From NCBI GenBank assembly GCA_009103225.1, contig RHPI01001037.1:496001-560000 (forward strand): a stretch of 64,000 nt of DNA, in the 5' to 3' direction. Positions within the stretch are counted from its first letter, which is position 1, and each line of letters opens with the position of its first letter. Origin of the DNA: Chlorokybus atmophyticus. Taxonomy: Eukaryota; Plantae; Mesostigma and Chlorokybus algae. A model generated the notes under the pieces. The model saw only the letters and a list, made by a program, of their open reading frames with translations, did no database searches and was not told the origin of the DNA. Positions 24,835-40,640 of this stretch are shown piece by piece. The position numbers were made by a program, and so were the translations under genes.

Positions 24835-26189
24835 TTGTGTACTCTGTTAGATGCGACATGCCCATCCTCATTCCAATGTGCACTGCAAGGCGTCGCGTGC
24901 AGTTGTCATAATTCTGTATGCGACAGCGTCAAGCTGGCGCCAGCTTAAAGCTGTTGCATGTTGTGCGTCCATGAACTTATGGTTAGCTGTGCTCCTGCAG
25001 GATTTGAGCATGGCAGAGTTGATGAAGTGGGGTGTTTCGCCCGGCTGAGGTGCATGGCCGTCATTGACACTGGGCATGAACAGCATTGACTTTGTACAGC
25101 AGATTGGTTGAAGCAATATTGTAGTTGTACATGTATACGTTTTTGAACCAAGGCATTGGTAGTGTAGGTTGGCATAAACCACTATTGAGCGAACTACTGC
25201 ATCACTACAATATCAGTGGTGTTGCAACAAGGACTGGTTGGCACGCAAGTAAGCAACCATGACACGTTGCTTGGCTGCATGAATCTCCCTCCAACCTTGC
25301 CCATTGCCGCCCCTCTGCATATCAAGCACATAGACATAGTCTTTGCCCCTGCCTAATCCCATTGGCTCCTCGGCTTGTGACAGGTTTGTGCTTGGCGTTA
25401 TGCAGTTCAAAAATGCTAGATTACACCGTATGACGCCATCAGAATGGTAAGCACGGGGCGTATCTACGATCTACGGCGCTAAGTGACGATAAAAGATAGA
25501 TTTTAGCATCAACCCAATCGCTGTCTAGCCCTGTAGAGAGTCAAATGCGGTGAAGTAACAAGTCATTTTTAATAAGGGTCATGTTAGTGTATTCGCAATC
25601 CACAATATTCCTTGCATACTGTGGTGCCACAAGATCTGCATGCATGCGTAACACTATAAGGGCAGCACTTTATGATACATCTACAAAACAATGCAATCAG
25701 CGGCCAACCTTCTGCACACCAATGACAATAAGTTAGGATGCATAAGTTGACAACGTTTTTATTTCTTCTCAGGGAGTCGCCGGAAAAAATATTGATCATT
25801 TCGTTCACATATTGAAAAATGACTTCACTTTGATATGGTAATCCAAAATAATATTGGCGGTAAGCGCATAACGTTATTCGCGCTTACATTAGCATCTGTG
25901 ACATTGTCAACCTATGTGTATAGTATACATTGTAGCTAACAATGTAATTACAGAACACCAGGCATCCATAAAAGCAAGCAGGCGGGAAACTAAATGGTTA
26001 CACTTGGAGTTTGTGCTTGGATTACACAACATGCGTCGAGGTGCAATATAGACTGAATGTTGTCGCTATGCCGGAAGGGGGTACGCCTTTGCCGCTAGCA
26101 AGTGACATGTGTTTTCAACGAGGGCCGGTACTAGTGTCTGCAAGTATAATATCATAAAAAAATGCCTCCGTTTAAGTTGTTGAGTCTTG

Positions 26190-26192
<3 letters not shown>

Positions 26193-26245
<53 letters not shown>
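26193..26245. repeat. (TG)n microsatellite
   Basis: Uninterrupted tg run. Confidence 0.95.
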
Positions 26246-26250
<5 letters not shown>

Positions 26251-27001
26251 GCAATTGAGTGCAAAGTAATGTGCTAGGCTAGCACTGCTAGCAGACCACA
26301 TACGCAGAAATGTATTAAAACGAAGATTTGTGTGTGCTGTGCACTTGGCCCCTTTCCGCTTGAGTTTCCGGTTTTCAACTTCTGTAGTTATTATGCATAC
26401 GGTATTGTATTCATGGTAAGGCAATATCCACTATGCCATGTGAGCAAAAGACGCGCACATGTTGAGATTTTGTATTGATGCTTTTGTTACTCATTCAAGC
26501 CCCCACACAAGGGCCGTCGTGACAGCTATACCTAGTGGTATTTGCCTCGGGTAGCAGTGTTCAATACTGCTGCTCGAGGCATCACGGCATAGACACAAAT
26601 ATTGTCTATGCGGTAATGTATTTGCATGTTGTGGGTCCGTTTTTAAGATGGTGTGCACCAGGCAATGGCAAGCATGAAGCAAGGAGCAGCAACAATATAT
26701 AGCAGTACTGGTCACATACGAGGTGGCCAGTGTAGTACATGCAACCCTAGACCCTCTTGCCCGGCAGGTGGCATGAGGAAAACACAACGCTCATGTACAT
26801 AATATGGGAAGCTATTGAATATGCGTGCGTATGGTTGTGACTACAGTGTGCAGTAGGTGCATGTGTGGTACGGTGTGATAGCAAGATGGACAAATGGCAG
26901 CGATGCTTCCATAATTGTATATGGCAATATAGGGGCCTGAAATGCAAGCAGCTATAAAGGCTCTATGGCTGCTTGTAATACATCATGAATACAGAAGCTA
27001 A

Positions 27002-27209
27002 CCACCCAAGCTTTACTAGCTAGCTATAGGCTGAGCTATGCTAGGGGGACTGAGGCCTATGTGCGTGAAAGGGCAAGGGCGAGACTAGCTTCAAGCCAGC
27101 CACCCAAGCTTAACTAGCTAGCTATAGGCTGAGCTAGGCTAGGGGGACTGAGGCCTATGTGCGTGAAAGGGCAAGGGCCAGGGCAAGGGCGAGACTAGCT
27201 TCAAGCCAG
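27002..27209. repeat. Near-perfect 98-bp tandem duplication
   Basis: ccacccaagct...gctagggggactgaggcctatgtgcgtgaaagggcaagggc...gagactagcttcaagccag starts at 27002 and again at 27100. The second unit has an extra internal 12-bp duplication. Confidence 0.9.
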
Positions 27210-27782
27210 TGGCTTGTACCTGTGCAACTCCACTCGTGTTGTACAGTATACGCATTACGACATCGGGCTTCATTGCGTCGTCGCAACTGTGTCGCGAAGC
27301 ACGGTGGCGACCGGTGCTTTACACCTAAGCGTTAAATAATAATAACGCATTACGACATCGTACTACACTGTTATGCATATACAGTCTGTATATGTTTACT
27401 TTACCTCGTTTAACCGTACCCACCCCGTTACCAAACGAATCCAGCAGACATTTCGACTGCTTGTAGAGCAATGCTGTATCTGCTTCAAGCAGGCTTGCAA
27501 TCGGTACGGACGGTGATTCCCGTGACCACAGTGTACATCTATACTGCCGTCAGTGCAACAGCACACGGCTGACGACTTAAATATTATACTCCGTCAGCCG
27601 ACATGTGACCACCTCGTAACGACGGTACTTGCCAAGTACTACCAGGTAAACTTGGCCACGCGCGTCGGTCGCGTGTCGGCACGCTAACGGAACAGGAGCG
27701 TGCAGGACGCATGTGCTTGCAAGGCGGCTCCGGACAGTCCTCTCCGCGTTTGTCGAGAGCGAGAGATACAAAGAGGGAGAGA

Positions 27783-27830
<48 letters not shown>

Positions 27831-27857
27831 TACAAGGTAGGGCGCCGCCTTGTCGCC

Positions 27858-29373
27858 ATGGGGCGGTCCACGCTTAGTGCCAGCGTCCTGCTGGTGTTCG
27901 TTGCCCTGTCCGCCATCCTGCTGGCCACGCCTGCCACCGCCACCTACGCCACCATCAAGTACGCATTCAGTGCACGTTCGCAGTTCATCAGCGTTGCTTG
28001 TTCTTCACACCAACACCTCATGCTTGCGCTGCTGGAGCATATGCTAACGAGTGCGTGCCTCTTGCTTCCTGTGCCGCAGGGGCTGCGTATACTGTGACAC
28101 CTGCAACAATGGTAAGTGCATTGCAGGGTGCTTGCACATGCCTCTGGTTGTGCTCTTGCACTACATGCATGCGGTGCATGCGCTGTGGTGCTGCTTCACG
28201 AAGAGTGGTGCATTCTAACGTTTACTTTTGCTTCCCGCAGGTGTGTACAACGCCGCAGTCGACCCCAAGCTCGTCAGCGTGACGATGCTGATCACGTGCA
28301 AGAACAAAGCGGGGGTGACCACCTCCCTGACTGTCAACACCAAGGCTGACGGCTGCTTCAGCCGCGGCTCCGTGCCCACCGTAGAGTACTACCAGCAGCA
28401 GGGGCAGGTCTACGACTCGTGCACAATCAAGCCGTACAAGGCCAACGGCAATGCTTGCGGTTCCCTGTCAACCAAGTCCTGCGGCACGGCCTACACCTTC
28501 GGTGCCGCCAACCCTCTTCACGTTGACACCACCGTCACAGTGAGTTGATTGTATGCCTGGCTGCTATGTTGTGTGTACTGGGTTAAACTTGGCGACTGCT
28601 CGACTTATGTGCTGACATGCATGGGTGCGCTCTGCACAGGTGCCTCAACCCAAATTCTGCTTCAAGCCTGCGACGACTCCACAGAGCTGCTTCCCCTCCC
28701 CGCCTCCGCCTCCGCCTCCGCCTCCCCCTCCGCCTCCGCCTCCCCCTCCGCCGCCACCGAGCTTCACCTTCACGGGGCCGCACCCGGAGTTGAACTACAA
28801 GCAGTCGTGCTCGCCAGGAGTGTGGAAGAATTCCGGCAAGGCTTGCAAGTGGCCTGCGCCTTACGTGTTCGGAAGCGCGGGCACGGGCACCAGCATCGTG
28901 AGCGCTTTCCAGTGCGTGGCCGGGGACACCTGCTACAAACGCTATGGGCCGAGCGGCACGAGCGTGGCTTCACAGACGCTTAGCGGGGCCGCCAACAACA
29001 ATGGCGACCAGTTTCTTCGCTTTGCAGCGACAGCGCTGCTCAACGCTGCCAGGCAGACCGTCACGACCGCCAATCAGGCCCAGGGCGTGAATCCCTACCC
29101 GTACTCCGTGGCCCAAGTCATCGCGCAGTTCAAGTCGGCCATCGACACCACTGATGAGGATGCGGCACAGTTCTTCTGGCAGTGCTCCTTTACGGTGAGT
29201 GCCTCGGCAGCTCAGTGCTTGTGTCACACATTGCGTGTGTAAGCACAGGTGACACGCTTGCCTGCTCTGCCGCTGATTTGATCTTACTGCTCTGTGCCGT
29301 GCAGCCATCCAGCGATTCCTCGGATCCCATTCCGCAGTGCTACACCGAGTACTGTGACATTGGCAGCTGCTAA
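27858..29373 (+). CDS. Secreted proline-rich (extensin-like) glycoprotein: Ole e 1-like Cys domain + SP(n) linker + PDF1-like C-terminal domain, paralog 1
   Basis: Signal peptide MGRSTLSASVLLVFVALSAILLATPATA and five exons. Contains LITCKNKAG..TKADGCF..DSCTIKP..NACG, then SPPPPPPP, then SCSPGVWKN..LRFAATALLNA..YPYSVAQVIAQFKSA, and ends PQCYTEYCDIGSC*. A (GA)n tract lies in the 5' UTR at 27757-27830. Confidence 0.8.
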
Positions 29374-30407
29374 ACACAACCCTCTTTTTGGCTACTTGTT
29401 CGTGCAGCTGCATGAATGGCGCCGAAGAGAACTTCCAGTTGAAGGCCACGTTGCAATACTATTGTTGAGGTTGTTGGTAAATAGTTGAGAACAACTCAGC
29501 ATTGAAGTATAGTGACAGTAAAACCCTCGTCCTGTTGCATGCTGTAATCCAACCACGGTCTTAAAACCGCTGTACACCCAAGAAGCATTTCAAGATGTGG
29601 CTGAACACCGTGACTGCCACGACAACAGCTGTATTAATCCCAGTGATCGTTGGCGACGCCTGATTGCAAAAAATACAACCAGCGCTCAACTTAAAAGGAA
29701 TGTGAGAACAACACCTGCTTATGTCTTGATAGTATTGCCGTTGAGGCACCTTGTGTACAAAAGCACATTCTCCTACTGAGCCATGCTGGCAAAGCCTGTG
29801 CACAGGGAAGGGGTTCCTGAAAGTGCACGTCTCTGCAAAGAATCAGTCTCACACCTTCCTATTGCATGCCAGTACAAGTACTTCCAGCAGCTCTGCACTC
29901 GCTGCAGTGCTGGCTATCGCGCATAGGTTTGTGTGTAAGGTTTGCCACCTGCAGCGTGCTTGCGAGCAGCTTGTCATGTGTCATCGTGGAAGACAGGCAC
30001 CAACGGGCTGCAAACCAGGGCTAGCAGTGACCTCAACTGCTTTGCTGAGATGCCATTGTTGCATAAGGTATGCAGTGAACAAACAACCAAGGAGTGCTGC
30101 AAACCCACAATGCATTGCAAGACAATGCCAGATATGTATGCATAGTTACAAAGTCATAGCAAGTGAGCGACAGCTACGGAAAACATACCACCCGCCACAA
30201 GAACAACCTACCCCTCCCATATATAGAGGCAATGCTTACTTAAAAAAGAGGCACACCTGTCCGACCTGCACCAAAGTGCCACAAAGGTGCATAATCCACC
30301 AGGTAGTTCAAGCGAGTGCAAGCTGGCATGGACAATCATATGCGAGCAGCGCTTCTTGAGATGCATGGTAGGCAACAGGTGGAACAGCTCCTGCCATCGC
30401 AGCATGG

Positions 30408-33321
30408 CTAAGTCCACTTAGATGCTCGACGCCTGGGCGGGGGTGGTGGTGCGTTGGCCACCAAGTCAACTGGGCGCACATCCTGCACAAAAGCGTAGAA
30501 CCTATAACATGCTGGACAATTTTTTCACTCGCACAGCTTAGTGTAGGACAACGCGTGCCGAATGCCCTTACGTCTCCATACACTGTAGACAAGCTCTGAC
30601 TGCTGATCAAAACAGCGGAGCAGCATGCACCATGACAAAGGCTTTGGTACTTGAGTACAATCCACATCGTCTAAGTACTTGCATCAATCAAGTGACATGA
30701 TGGTCACAACATAGCTTATATCCCCAACTTGCTGCCAGACAAGCATGGACTGCTCGCACATGCACTCAATGTGAGCTGACGCCTTGTTAAAACCAGAAAT
30801 ACCTGCGACACTGGACGATGTGTTGACAACTCTGTGTGAGGTTGTAGTTGTTGCGCAGGTGCAGGCACATCTGGTTCACGCTGATCCCAGCCAGTCTTGC
30901 GCACTCGTGGCACCTCCTCTGGTTCATGTTGACGACTCCGGCCCCTGTCCTCCACATCAGAATGTTGGGATCGACGGTCTGAGTTACCTCTGTCATGCTC
31001 ACCCCGGGAGTCGGATTTGCGAGGATCGACTCTATGCCTGCAAACAGTACACAGCGTCAGCATGACCACCTTTATATGCCCTTCATTTCAAGGCAGCCTA
31101 GCAATTGGTTTGTTATCACTTCACCTATCGCAGTCCCTATCTCTGCGTTCTGATTGATCAACAGCATCACGCTCCCCTCTTCCATACGGGCCGGAAGCAC
31201 GCCCGCTTGAAGGGTCATGCCGTTGATCACGCCAATCATTACCATCCACATGATGCGTCGTTTTATTGTCCGTTCTATGGTCCTCTCCTCTAACGTACGC
31301 AGATTTGGCTTGCTGCAAACCAAACATTGGCTATAACAGGTGATCAACACGCATGAACTTGCACAGCCATGAACTCCTACAGCAGGTATCAAACTCTCAG
31401 TCACCAAAAGCACGCACAACTTCTGCACACACCTGAGGCCATCGAGGTGGGCTGGAGCGCCGATGATCCCCAGGCTGTCTTGACCAATCATGCTGCACAG
31501 ATGTAGTATCTGCATGCTCCCAAGACCGCCCAGCAGGAGATGGGCGGACCTGCGTGATGCGATTGAGTGCCTAGGATGGAAGTTGACAGGCAACGCGATA
31601 CCCCATAGTAATCTGGCAAAAGAGCGCTCACTGGCTGCTGCGACCAACCAGAGCGCTGCTCTGCCACTGGTCTTGACCAATCTGGTTGAGCTACAGCGGA
31701 AGTATCTCTGGGCGCCCATGACCGTCCCGAAGCTGTGGCTGCAGGACGACCCTATGAACGCAAGGGGTGACTCGAGAAGTAAATGGCATGGCCTTGCTGA
31801 CACAGCCAGCGCATGCACAGCCAGTCCACAAAAATCACAGCTATATCAACCCACCTGTGCGCCAACTTCCATACCTCCAACAGCCTGTAAGCAATGTAGC
31901 TCAGTGATACAAACAGAGCTGGCTGGCCTAATCAAACCGCCACAACGTATGTAGGCGTACCAGTGGATCATATGGCTCATTGGCAGCCTCATCTCTGCTT
32001 GCAGAAGGTGCGTGATGGCGTCCATTGCCATAGCTGTCATTGCTGGGATAGACTTTGCTCGCTGACCTGGCAACGATGCTTGCTCAAAAGGAGCACATCA
32101 TACACTCCCTGACGGAGGCATTTTGCTGTAACCAAAGCTTACATGGGTGGAGGACCAGGTGGGGGTGGGGGTGGGGGTGGAGGACGCGGTGGCTGTTTTC
32201 GTGGTGATAACACACGCTGTTCTTGATGGTCAGCGTCAACAGGCTGTAGCCTGGCTGCCAGTTCTGAAGGGCGTTGCGCTAGGCGGATGTCAGCCAAGAC
32301 TGGCACACTGGGTTTGTCAGAGTCCACAATGCGCTGCGCAGCTTGCTGACTGCTGTTGTTCTGGACTTTGGCAAATCTGGGAGATGCTGGTCTGGCAGAT
32401 GCAAGCGCAGCATCCACTTCATCCAGCACTTGAGATGAAAACATGCTGCGTTGGCGCCACAGCGCCACTACCTTCTTTACTGACGGCTGTAGAGGCGACA
32501 CGCTGGTAAGTATTGCTACAATACTGAGGAATGAAAACACACATGACGTCCACCGTTACATGAGGCACCCCACCAGCTCTTCTGGTTGACAGGTACCAAT
32601 TGTGGCCATGGTCTTCGGCAAAGTCCTTTCAAAGCGCGGCACTGAACACATGTATGGCAATGAGTGAATGGGTTGTTCGACTCACCCCATGAATGAAGTG
32701 TCCGAATATCATGCAACATACATTTCGAGCAAACCTAAGCACCATGGTGTGCAGCCTGCAATGCAACCGGCTAGCACAGCCTGCAAACGTACCGTAACGA
32801 TCTTTGTTCCCAAACTTCACTGGTGCAGCCTTGCAGATGGCATCAATCGTGTAAAGGCCGCAGAGCTGCCTCCCTCTCTTTTGTACGTGCTTTTCAATCA
32901 ACGCAACCACATGCTTGTAGAACTGGTCGATACAAGAAGCTTAACGCAAGAACATGCAAGAAACCTGACATGTCAACAATATACGATACACACTTGTCAT
33001 TTGTCGTCCTGGCAATATACATGACGCTGAAATGAACATGTGGCTGATTGGCTACTGCTTCTCTGAACGACCACATGCATACCAGCCCCGCATGCTGTAC
33101 ATCACTGCGTGCTGAACGCTACATTAGCATGCAGTTGTTTCTTCTAGACAAAACCTGAGTCACAGCTCCGGGTTGGCGTCCATGACGTAGGCTCAACCGT
33201 TCACCTGTTGATGGTGCTGCAGAGCAAACTTGACTAACTCGCTGATCTTGCTCGCGGTGGGCTTGCGCATGTCCTTGAGCAGTCCTTCAAACTCGCTCTG
33301 GCCGGCCCATGTGGTTGCCAT
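30408..33321 (-). CDS. RNA polymerase II CTD-interacting domain (CID) protein, SCAF4/8-like N-terminus with Pro-rich and R/D/S-rich tail
   Basis: MATTWAGQSEFEGLLKDMRKPTASKISELVKFALQH, VVALIEKHVQK..LCGLYTIDAICK and SVKKVVALWRQRSMFSSQVLDEV are typical CID helices. PolyP and RD/RS-rich exons follow. The inferred last exon is DVRPVDLVANAPPPPPRRRASKWT*. Middle exons are uncertain. Confidence 0.7.
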
Positions 33322-33569
33322 TGCGGAAGCAGCGGCAGCAGCAGCAGCACACACAGAACAAGCACCCCCGTCCCGGCAACTTAACCGGCACTGGTCAAGC
33401 CGGCAGCATGAAACTCCACGACTGAGCAACCTTTACTCTACAAGCCATGCGCATGACGTAGACAGAGCGCACGCCCAGCACAAGCGCAAAGCGAACGGCC
33501 CGCCTCCTGAGCAGCTCGGCCCTCCCGCTGCCTCCACCGCGGCCGCCACTGTCCACAACACTCACCAAC

Positions 33570-33578
33570 AAACCCTAA
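33570..33578 (+). promoter_or_regulatory. Telo-box (AAACCCTAA) in the short divergent promoter of the CID gene and WDR55
   Basis: aaaccctaa lies 81 bp upstream of the WDR55 ATG. A reverse copy, tagggttt, lies upstream of TIM44 at 40484-40491. Confidence 0.45.
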
Positions 33579-33658
33579 TCTCCGATCATCGTGCTTGAGT
33601 GATCCAAGTAGGTCAGCAAGTTCAGTAAACCGGTGACGGCGGCGGTGGTGGCGCCGGC

Positions 33659-36396
<2,738 letters not shown>

Positions 36397-37025
36397 TGCA
36401 TGTTGAGCGCATGCGGAGTCTCCTATGATTGGTGTCTGTTCATGACTTGCTCATGACACAAGGCAGGTACAAGTTGCGATGCACGCAATGGCTTTCGTGC
36501 GCCTTTGTGTGCGGTGTGAGCAGTATCGACGTGTGGCTTTGTTAATTGTAGCTCAAGTGCTTGCCTATAAATAGGTCCAATGGTGATGCACTTGCATGGA
36601 CACATGCAGTCTGATAGGGGCTAGCAGTGCTATGCTTATGCTCGCTAATGCTCATGACTGACACGCAGCGACTATTGCCTATTGCCAAGCTGGGCCAACT
36701 GACCTAGTAGGCTTTGCACACTGCCAAGCGACATAAAATCCAATCTTGCCACCTGAGCAACATCAACCCGAAAGAGTGGCGGGGAAGGGGGCGCATGGAC
36801 AGAACTTGAACCTTTTTGTGTATTGCGTGAAATCAACATACGAGCTTATTATTTTGTAGAGCGAAGCGTTGCACAGCATACCACATACCACGTCGCGCCT
36901 GCTTACTACTTGCTGCTCCTAACCTTGCCTGCTGGGCTGATTGTGGCGAACCTTGTGCATCTTTGGTTCGTTGCTTCATATGTTGGTCACTAGCCTGTCT
37001 CACCCATCCACCATTGCATTGTATA

Positions 37026-37914
37026 GCAGATAAGAGCTACTAGTAAAGTGTACAACAATGGCCCCAGGCGTAATTATGCCTGCCTGCTTGCTCTACCTCA
37101 TGTTATTGGTGTGATGTATGTGAAGGGTACTTTGAACCATTTGTGGGTGCGCCGCAGGGCAGGCCAGAGACACAGCAACAACACCAAGTTCTTTACAGCT
37201 GCATGCTTGACAGAGTTGTTGCAATACCCGATGTGTAACCTGTACGTGACAACTGCACATGACAGATTACACAGGCAGGCCATTGGAATCCCATGGGTAA
37301 CAGCGCGGGGGTCTACTTGGCAAACTTCTTCTACCTCAAGTCTAAGGAGCTCAGGTTTGTGCGTGCCCTCAAAGCCCTGCGCTGCATGGAAGTGTTGCGT
37401 GTGTGGTGTTGCTCAATTGTACGCTATGTGGATAATTTCTGATCTAAGACATATCGGCATTTGAGGAAGTAATGTACACAGAAAAGTTAGTGTTGGCAGG
37501 TGGCCTGTATCCGCAGCAAACACTAACACACTTACCTAGTCTGCTGCTGGGACTGCCATTGACTTTCTTGAAATGACTACATTTCAAACAATGACATTGG
37601 CTTGTGCTCCCAAGTGTACTGCAAACTAAATGATATCAAGAAGACGAGCACCACACCCTGTAACGGACATTGCCAAATCACTTAAGCTTGGTGTCATTGT
37701 CTCGCAATACATTGGATTCTTGAGATTGTGCACATACCGTTCACACTTTGTAGCAGAGATGGTGGCTCTACTGCATGCCATGCAACAGGAAGGCTATGCT
37801 AAGCACGCTGTGCTAGACAAACTACGTAGGTGGATGTACCGCCAGCAAGGAATGGTCGACGACGGGACTCACAAGTACATATTCCACCTGGTCTACATCA
37901 AGCACAACAGGTAG
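37026..37914 (+). mobile_element. Degenerate Penelope-like element reverse transcriptase remnant (RT core + thumb)
   Basis: Frameshifted or stopped motifs in the correct order: LTELLQY..NLY....RQAIGI(P)MGNSAGVYLANFF (~37210-37340), RYVDNF* (37422-37442; catalytic YxDD is mutated), IDFLEM (~37558), and HP..IAKSLKLGVIVSQYIGFLRLC...F..M..L..M..EGY (37630-37914). Confidence 0.75.
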
Positions 37915-40640
37915 GTGATGTAAGTGCGATGAGGTAAGCAGTGTGGTGAGCAGTGCATCTGCCCACATGTATGTCGCTGGTCAAATGCCCTTCATTGCTG
38001 CTGCAAATCGACTGTTTATGCATGTGCAGTTCTCATGCATACCTACTAAGTGCAGTACTGCAACGGACATTCGCTGTTGGGACTTCGGATTGCGCGATAT
38101 TATACATGACTCATCATTGTACAGTCATGTGCTCTAATAGGGCGCATAACTGTACAATGATGAGTCATGTATGGCCTGTAGGCCATTAAATGGTCTGCAG
38201 GCCATACTTGACTGACGGTGGGATAAGGTGGGTCTTATACTAGCAGGTGTAAGACCCAGCAAAGTGTGGCGGCGCCATAACCATGCGAACACCACACACA
38301 GTGGATGGGGGCCAAGTCGTTGTTCATGCGTCCTGGCTGGTCATGTCCGTTGCATTGTGAATGCTGCTGGTGGCTGGGCTCGGGGTCTAACCTCTACTCC
38401 TCTACACAACGCAGGTGATACACCTGCTGCCATACCACTGCATACCATACCGTGCTGCCTTTCCGTTTGACTTAAGGATCTCTAGAGACTAGTAGTTGTG
38501 GTTGCTGTTGTATTGTGTGAACTAAGTAACTCTGTCTTGGCCCCCCTTTGATTGCTTGTGCGCTTGCTTTGTGTGCATGGTTATTTCAGTTACACTTACT
38601 TTTATGGAGTTTGCTATATAACCCTTGTGTGTTATGTAGTACGTGATATGTTAATGCACAGATTGCATGGCCGTAATACGACTTATACCCTATGCACAGC
38701 ACACCATTGTAAACACCACACACGATATGATAGCGATATAAACATCAATACGTACAACTGCACAACCCACTTTAACATCGGGCATATGCAAACCAATGTC
38801 TAATAGCTTACCGCATGAAAGGGAGCCGGAGCAAAGGTCAGCAAGCAAGCAAGCAAGCAATACAAATAGTAGCAGTGTAAGACCAGCATGTAGCGCCCGC
38901 TATGCTCAACAGGCCTTGCGACCACTGCTGATAACCAGGGTGCCTGCTTACTCATATGTGCTATGCCTTGCTATCATACCCTGCCTGCCTGCTTGCCTAC
39001 CCAAACCCTCCGCTCTGCAAGCACATAGCTAGAGCACATAAACATTGGTGGCTGCCTCTGTCTCTTGCGCTGTCGGCTTGTGTGCAAGAATTGCAAGGGG
39101 CATCAAATACAAGTCGTGCTTATAAGTGCTTTACATCTGCCATATTGGTCAACGTATGTAGCACAATTGCTATATGTATAGGCTTTTCAGTAATATGTAT
39201 GCTTAATAAACATTATGCACACATGAGCCACGAATGCAAGTGATGAAACCAAGGCAAGCGACTTTGCCCCCACATTTGCTTAATATAAGGCTAGCTTGAT
39301 AATGACATAGCAACACACATGTTCGACTCATATAAGGCCCGTCGCGTAACCGCCTACACGTGAGGGCTGCGCAAATGGAGCTGCAGTCGTTTATTGAGGC
39401 ACAGGCTGTGTCACAAACCCTGACACTACAAAGGTGGCGCGATTGGCCGCTCACAATACAACACTCTCCACCGCGCCCCTTATGCTGCTGCTGCGGATGT
39501 GCCATATACGAGCCTGTTGCTGCGTGCCTGCCTCGACTGCTGGCAGCCTACCGCGCTTCTGATGCTGGCCTTCTTGTTCAGGTCGACTACTTGCTCATGC
39601 TATCTGTTATGCCATGCTGCCTGCTTCTCCGCCCTACTGCATGCACATAGCTAGTGCACTCTGTTAGGCCATGCCCCTCCTTCCCTTAATTGTAATGCCT
39701 TGCTGTCCGTGACCGCGCTTGTGTGCGCTCATGCATGTTTTGCATCTGTATCATTGAAAAGGCTATACATGTGTTGTGTATATCGATGTTTCGGGGCTCT
39801 GTATATTTTACATACCATGGTTGGTTGAGAAGTTCGAATGTCGTTTTGCTTGCTTGATAAATTCACCTAGCAAACCTTTTACGTAAAGTTTTACGTGATT
39901 TCCTCTGCGCGGGTGGACTGTGCCTGCTTGTACATTGACATTCCGAATGTGGCACATTAGTAAGCTTACGATACAATGGCATGGTGTGAGGCTCAAGGCG
40001 GATACCGTGTATGTATATATGTGTATATATATATATATATACACACACACACATTTATGTAAAATGATTTGTGCCGGTATGTGCTTGTGCGTGTGGTGGT
40101 CTATGTAATTGGTGTTGATAGGCATGGTAGATGATGAGAATTGAACACTTGCGCGTTCACGGTACCGTGAAGCCACGAAGTTTCGTAACAAAAACTTATT
40201 TTCGAGGGCAATTTACGAAATTTGAGTTAACTTCCGGCGGCTCAGCTAAAGCATTCCTATGATGATAGGATGCATACGTGAGGGGAGGGGGGAGTGAACC
40301 AATTACTTTGGCGGAGCTTTTTATCTTTTCTAATGAACATTAGGAGCACTACGGTAACACTGGCACCAGTAGTAAGAGAGGGTTATAATCACATGATGCT
40401 TGAGGGCCTCAATCGCAGCAGAAGCGTGCTCGTCACGTTATGCCACGCATGCAACATTTCAACAAAGGACCTTGCGGCGTTTCTAGGGTTTGCGCTGCTC
40501 ACAATACCGCGTTTCACGTGATATATGCGCTGACGGTCTGGCGGCGGCGGCAGTGGAGGTGGCGGCGGCGGGGTTGCAAGGAGCGGTGTTGGGGTCGCGG
40601 CGGGCGTCTTGGAAGCTTGTTACACAGCCGGCTGCGGCGC

